DNA of 52,458 bases from Promethearchaeota archaeon (GTDB taxonomy: Archaea; Asgardarchaeota; Lokiarchaeia; Sigyniarchaeales; SOKP01): positions 1 to 52,458 of the forward strand of contig JBHLPW010000038.1 of assembly GCA_048939015.1 (NCBI GenBank). The letters run 5' to 3'. A program made the position numbers and the translations under genes. Every line of letters starts with the position of its first letter. Within the stretch, counting starts at the first letter, position 1. This document shows positions 47,648-52,458 of the stretch, piece after piece. The notes beneath the pieces were generated by a model. The model saw only the letters and a list, made by a program, of their open reading frames with translations. It was not told the DNA's origin and made no database searches.

Positions 47648-49144
47648 ATGAAAAAAATAAATAAAATTCTCATAATCATTGCACTTTGTGCCATATTCGT
47701 TGGTGTAACAATTCCATTTACTTTAATCAATTTTGGAGGTAGAGGTACTAGTAATCAACCTCCAGGGATTCCGACTATAACCACCTCAAATCAAACTATT
47801 ACAACTGATCGATTGACAATTCAATGGACTAGTGTGACTGGAGCAAATAATTATTGTGTATATGTAGACAATATATTTAATGTAAGTTCTATTGATACTC
47901 AAGAGGAAGTAATATTTTGGGGAAATGGTACCTATCAAATTACTGTAACTGCTGTAAATGCGTGGGGAGAATCTCAACATTCTAATCCTATTACTATTAC
48001 CGTTGGTATTCCACCAATAATCCTGGGTAATGTCTTGATTTATATCAACTCGACGATCTATAATAGTATATCCTCTAATATCACACAATATAAACAAGAC
48101 ATAATTACTCAAGGATATACAGTAAATATGTTTAATTGGTCTATTAATAACGTTACTCAACTTAAGAGTCATATAATACCACGTTATTCAAACGGTTCAA
48201 TCGGTGCAATTTTAGTGGGCAAGCTTCCATATGCTAAAGCGCGATATTATGACTCTGCATGGTTTATGTATCGTCAATTTTCTTGTGATTATTATTTAAT
48301 GGATTTGGACGGAAATTGGACTGATGTGAATTCAAATGGTTTTTATGATGTCGGTGCTACAGATAATCATATTGAACATAATAATGGTACTGCAGATGCA
48401 CTTCCAGAAATTTGGGTTGCCCGTATAAGTCCATATACTATTTCTATGGCAGGGTTTAATCCGATCATGGCGTTAAACAATTTCTTCAATAGAACTCATA
48501 ATCTAAGAACTGGTGTTACATATCGCCCAAATAAAGCACTCCTTTATATTGATGATGAATGGGCAGCTTGGACGAGTGAATGGATTAGTGCTTTTACTGC
48601 TTACACAGGAAGTAATCTTACTTGTGAATCAGATTACGATTATTTAAATTATGATTTTACAAATTCCATAAGCTTTCTTTCAAACATATCAGATGTCACA
48701 CATCCTGCTTTTACTAATTTTGAACTTGTTCATGTATTGGTTCATTCTAATGGCACCGAACAACAATTTGGGCTTAATTCATATCAATATCCTAATTATA
48801 ATGCTACTGATGGTATTTTAACATATCAAAATATCTATAATAATGGACCACGACCATTATTCTTTAATTTATATTCTTGCTTTTCAGCAAATCTGATGAC
48901 TACAAATAATATTGCTACCCATTACCTTTTTAGTGGCCAAACGTTAAATGTAATAGGGTGTTCAAGGTCAGGAGGGATGTGTCTTTATCAACCGTTCTAT
49001 GATTCACTAAAAAATGGGAAGATTTTCGGAGAATCTTATAAAGATTGGTTTAGTAACCCGGAAATTATTCAATTTAATCATTGGGAAGAAGTATATGGTT
49101 TAAAATTTTTTGGAGATCCTTTACTTACTATACAGATGACATAA
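47648..49144 (+). CDS. Membrane-anchored FN3 + peptidase C25 (gingipain-like) protein
   Basis: N-terminal TM (MKKINKILIIIAL..., ATG 47648 preferred to GTG 47561). FN3 W..V.GA..Y.VY...Y.ITVTAVN.WGES..SN. GAILVG, DYYLMDLDG.W, PEIWVARI, putative His (VHS) and Cys (YSC), FGDP. Confidence 0.7.
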   Translation: MKKINKILIIIALCAIFVGVTIPFTLINFGGRGTSNQPPGIPTITTSNQTITTDRLTIQWTSVTGANNYCVYVDNIFNVSSIDTQEEVIFWGNGTYQITVTAVNAWGESQHSNPITITVGIPPIILGNVLIYINSTIYNSISSNITQYKQDIITQGYTVNMFNWSINNVTQLKSHIIPRYSNGSIGAILVGKLPYAKARYYDSAWFMYRQFSCDYYLMDLDGNWTDVNSNGFYDVGATDNHIEHNNGTADALPEIWVARISPYTISMAGFNPIMALNNFFNRTHNLRTGVTYRPNKALLYIDDEWAAWTSEWISAFTAYTGSNLTCESDYDYLNYDFTNSISFLSNISDVTHPAFTNFELVHVLVHSNGTEQQFGLNSYQYPNYNATDGILTYQNIYNNGPRPLFFNLYSCFSANLMTTNNIATHYLFSGQTLNVIGCSRSGGMCLYQPFYDSLKNGKIFGESYKDWFSNPEIIQFNHWEEVYGLKFFGDPLLTIQMT

Positions 49145-49232
49145 GAAATGTAAGCAAATTCTAATAGAAAATTTTAATAAACCTTCTTTTCTTTATTTTT
49201 TACATTTTAACATCTATTGAGTATTAAATAAA

Positions 49233-49901
49233 ATGCATGAAAAAAAAAGCAAAAATATCATTTTAAGTTTCGATCTTGATAACACTTTAATTAATAACAG
49301 GGAAGGGATTATAGCATCTTTCAATTATGCATTAAACAAATATAATTTACCTCTACAAGAAGAATCTGAAATAGAATGTATGATTGGAATCCCTTTAATT
49401 GAGATGTTTGAAAGTATTACTGACTATGATTCTTCGAAATTGGTTTTTGCTTTTAGAGAATATTATGGGAGAAAAGGAATTTATAAAGCAAATATTTTAC
49501 CAGGGATTAAAGCTACATTGAAAGAATTAAGTGAGTTATCCTATACTTTAGGAGTAATAACATCAAAAAAACAGGAAATGGCAGTTAAAGTCCTAGAAAT
49601 TTTAAAACTTCATGAATATTTTGATTATGTTATTGGAGAAACAGAAGATACCAAAGAATTAGGAAAACTTGATCCAAAACTAAAATTAAAAATCGAAGAA
49701 AACTACCCTGGATATAAAATTATAATCATTGGGGACCATCCTAAGGATGTCTTACTCTCTAATAATTTAAACTGCCCATTTATCGGAGTATTGACAGGTC
49801 ACCATTCATCCAAGCAGTTAAAAGAAATTAAAAAAGGAAAAGCAATAATACTTAAATCTGTTAGTGAAATAACTAATGAGATAATTATATCTTTAATTTA
49901 A
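49233..49901 (+). CDS. HAD-superfamily phosphatase
   Basis: FDLDNTL, ITSK, IGDHPKD. Confidence 0.9.
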   Translation: MHEKKSKNIILSFDLDNTLINNREGIIASFNYALNKYNLPLQEESEIECMIGIPLIEMFESITDYDSSKLVFAFREYYGRKGIYKANILPGIKATLKELSELSYTLGVITSKKQEMAVKVLEILKLHEYFDYVIGETEDTKELGKLDPKLKLKIEENYPGYKIIIIGDHPKDVLLSNNLNCPFIGVLTGHHSSKQLKEIKKGKAIILKSVSEITNEIIISLI

Positions 49902-49969
49902 AATGCAAATCTTTTTTTAATTAATCTCTAATAAAAAAGAGAAAAAAAGTAATAAATTTTAACTGTCTT

Positions 49970-51427
49970 TTATTCTTTTGACCAAGATTCATATTCCTTC
50001 ATAAATTCCTCTGGCTTCCATTGAGTATCCATAAATTTTGGAATTCCAGAACTATCTCTAGGTCCAACAACTACAAATGCATCTGCTTCATCTTCCAATG
50101 CTCCGCTCAAACGAGCAGCCATACCAGGGATAACAAGAATTCTATGTTTAACTTTATCAAAAACTCCAAATTCTTTTACGGCCTCCGCTATTGAACCAGC
50201 ATTAAATTGACCCCCTGCAACAGCACTTTCTATTCCAATACCTTCGCTATCAACTACTAAAAGCCAACAACTTAAATTTGCTCCTTGTAGATCCTGCTCA
50301 ACTGGGATTTTAGTCATCCTATAATTACTAGTAACAAAGATTGGAGCCATATCTCCAGGTTCTCCAATTTTATAAACTCCAGGATCAACCGCAGGGTAAA
50401 TTCTAGGATCTGAAAAAACACTCTGTCGTAAAGTCATTAAAGCTAAGAGTGCCCAGACTTCTTCCTTCTTCTGACCAGTGTGTAATACTAATAAATTTGT
50501 ATCGATAGATTCCATTATAGCACCCATTATCACTTCTTGATATTGATGTTCCCATAGTTCTTTTTCATTTCCAATCTTTACTTGACTCCAATATGCTGCA
50601 GGTACACCCATAACTGGCCAACAAGCATTCTTATCTTCTTTATTTATTGCTGCGGTTCTTAATTGCATAATTCTGTCATATGTAATTGAAAGATTGCCCG
50701 GTCCAAAATAAGTCCCTGGATCTAATACAATCTCCTTCACGCCAAATTTCTGTAGAGTAGCACTTAATGACATTAATTCATCTAAATCACTAGATGTAAT
50801 CGCAACAGGTAAGTTATTCTCTATTGCAAATTTACCAATTTCCTCCCAGTTATCTTTTGTAACCGCATAGAGGAGAGGTTTTTTATCCTTGATTTCTTGA
50901 GCAGCAGTAATTAAATTTTCTGTATTAAAACTACATAACATGACAGGAAGATTAGAATTTTCGTTTATTTTTTTAGCTGCTAATTTAAATTGATCTTTAT
51001 CTCCTGAAACATTTCTTAAAGCAATACCATCAAGAGTTAGAACATCTCCAATTCTTTCAATTTTAAGTTCTGAAAGATATTTAGTAAGATCTTCTAAATC
51101 TGTCTCATCATCTGCAATTTCGATAAAGAGCGCTGTCTGATTATAAAACGTTAATTGATGTCTCATCAAAATTTCTTCTCCCCCAATAGTTACAGATTTA
51201 TCTCCAATACCAATTGTGACAGGTACTTGAGGAGGAGTCAAAAGTTTAATAAGCTTTTCTCTATTGTTTGCCTGTTTTGGATCCTGCATTAAATGAGTAC
51301 AATCTTGAGGTTTTACTTTCCTTTCTAACGTGTCTGTTGCAAAAGCCATGCAAGTATCATATCCGCAGTCCTTGCAATTTGATTTATCTAAGAGAGCATA
51401 AACTTCTAACGGACTTGGTCTAGCCAT
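49970..51427 (-). CDS. cdhE: Acetyl-CoA decarbonylase/synthase gamma subunit (corrinoid Fe-S protein large subunit)
   Basis: NCKDCGYDTCMAFA...C, IGGEE.L.RH, FSDPR, VTSNY, A.AGGQF, LVIPGMAARLSG, VVGPRDS. Confidence 0.93.
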   Translation of the reverse strand: MARPSPLEVYALLDKSNCKDCGYDTCMAFATDTLERKVKPQDCTHLMQDPKQANNREKLIKLLTPPQVPVTIGIGDKSVTIGGEEILMRHQLTFYNQTALFIEIADDETDLEDLTKYLSELKIERIGDVLTLDGIALRNVSGDKDQFKLAAKKINENSNLPVMLCSFNTENLITAAQEIKDKKPLLYAVTKDNWEEIGKFAIENNLPVAITSSDLDELMSLSATLQKFGVKEIVLDPGTYFGPGNLSITYDRIMQLRTAAINKEDKNACWPVMGVPAAYWSQVKIGNEKELWEHQYQEVIMGAIMESIDTNLLVLHTGQKKEEVWALLALMTLRQSVFSDPRIYPAVDPGVYKIGEPGDMAPIFVTSNYRMTKIPVEQDLQGANLSCWLLVVDSEGIGIESAVAGGQFNAGSIAEAVKEFGVFDKVKHRILVIPGMAARLSGALEDEADAFVVVGPRDSSGIPKFMDTQWKPEEFMKEYESWSKE

Positions 51428-51611
51428 TTCATTTTCTCCAAATTCTTATTTAATCTATAGAAAATATTCAATAAGTATGGGTACTCTAATTGTAAATTTA
51501 ATTAAAAATTTGGGTTCTTAAAATTGATTATGACTTTAACTCTCTTCTACATTTGGTTTCTAAATTAAAGTATTAGAAAATTATTAAAAAACATCTATAT
51601 TTAATTAGTTA

Positions 51612-52458
51612 ATGGTAAAGGTTCAAAAAGACTTTGAGGATCTTAATTCTTTATTTTATCCTAAACATATTGCGTTTATTGGGGCTTCAGAAAACTCAAG
51701 ATTAGGCTCAATGATGTATTTACCAGCATTCAAGGAATCTTTATGGTCTGACACTTTTTATCCAATAAATCCAAAATATGAGGAGGTTTTGGGTTGGAAA
51801 TGTTATCCATCCGTTTTAGATGTTCCTTATCCAATTGATACAGCATATATTTCATTGAATACTAAATTTATCTCAAAAGCTCTTAAAGAATGCGTTTCTA
51901 AAAAAATTAAATGGGTAATCATTTTTGCGTCAGGATTTTCTGAAACTGGAGATTTTGAAGGAAAAAAACTAGAAGAAGAGCTTATAAAAATTATCAAGGG
52001 CTCCTTTACAAGGATAATTGGACCAAATTGTTTAGGTCCAATAAATGCAGAAAATGGAATGGCATTCTCATTTACATCCCAGAGTGGAAAATATGGTGGA
52101 GTATCTTTTATGTCTCAATCCGGAGGTCATTTAACCCAATTAATCAATATTGGATATAAACGAGATATACGGTTCCGTTATGGTATTAGTTTTGGAAATC
52201 AAATTGACTTAAATTGTATAGATTTTTTTAGATTTTATTATCAAAATACAAAAACAGATATAATTGCCGCTTATTTAGAATCAACTGGTTCAGCATCGGG
52301 GCATGAACTGTTTTTGGAACTAAATAAAACATCTCCGATCAAACCAGTTATTTTATGGAAGGGAGGTTATACCAATTATGGATCTAGGGCTGCTTTTTCT
52401 CATACTGGTGCATTAGCTTCAAATAATATCCTATGGCATGCAATGGCTAAACAAACTG
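51612..52458 (+). CDS. Acyl-CoA synthetase (ADP-forming) CoA-binding subunit, truncated by the window edge
   Basis: MVKVQKDFEDLNSLFYPKHIAFIGAS...YPINPK...FASGFSETG...IIGPNCLG...SQSGG...SFGNQID...WKGG...AAFSHTGALA. Absent from the ORF track because there is no stop in the window. Confidence 0.92.
   Translation, partial: MVKVQKDFEDLNSLFYPKHIAFIGASENSRLGSMMYLPAFKESLWSDTFYPINPKYEEVLGWKCYPSVLDVPYPIDTAYISLNTKFISKALKECVSKKIKWVIIFASGFSETGDFEGKKLEEELIKIIKGSFTRIIGPNCLGPINAENGMAFSFTSQSGKYGGVSFMSQSGGHLTQLINIGYKRDIRFRYGISFGNQIDLNCIDFFRFYYQNTKTDIIAAYLESTGSASGHELFLELNKTSPIKPVILWKGGYTNYGSRAAFSHTGALASNNILWHAMAKQT

Noticed and set aside
8174-48172. Other short track ORFs overlapping real genes (8174, 16050, 22077, 26533, 27318, 28456, 29186, 30855, 33226, 35727, 38153, 41176, 41744, 43409, 44028, 47786)
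   Set aside because: Antisense or alternate-frame shadows of genes with clear family motifs.

Overview
Very AT-rich archaeal DNA (oligo-T terminators, GGTG/GAGG Shine-Dalgarno sites, cdhE, archaeal-type RNase Z, Bat-type HTH regulator). By inference from composition and gene content it is most likely an Asgard archaeon of the Lokiarchaeia type. (1) 1-7.4 kb is a nuclease-dense, defence-like island: a Regnase/Zc3h12a-type NYN RNase in an apparent operon with a PD-(D/E)XK nuclease::HAS-barrel::HerA ATPase fusion, a Schlafen/AlbA_2 protein, an Smr-Zn-ribbon protein and an HNH nuclease. (2) 7.7-15.9 kb holds membrane-anchored surface proteins and a free-standing Zn-finger/LAGLIDADG gene. (3) 16-37.5 kb is a large oxidative-stress and sulfur/Fe-S cluster: glutaredoxin, Isf, a divergent CooS-V-like CODH homologue (C-cluster Cys->Glu), NROR-rubredoxin, two rubredoxins missed by the ORF track, FprA, Dfx, rubrerythrin, a CoADR-rhodanese-TusA-rhodanese fusion and tusA-iscS-iscU, with IscU fused to a thioredoxin-reductase-like domain. 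(4) 37.7-52.5 kb is mixed housekeeping. Signals not explained by the ORF track: a palindromic site (TAAATGAACATGTTC) at identical spacing from the TATA-like boxes of two Fe-S genes, three apparent ATT start codons, a candidate ~155-nt structured ncRNA, and a degenerate ~110-bp direct repeat flanking an orphan dppB. I saw no tRNA, rRNA, CRISPR array or transposase. All calls come from reading motifs by eye; no searches were run.
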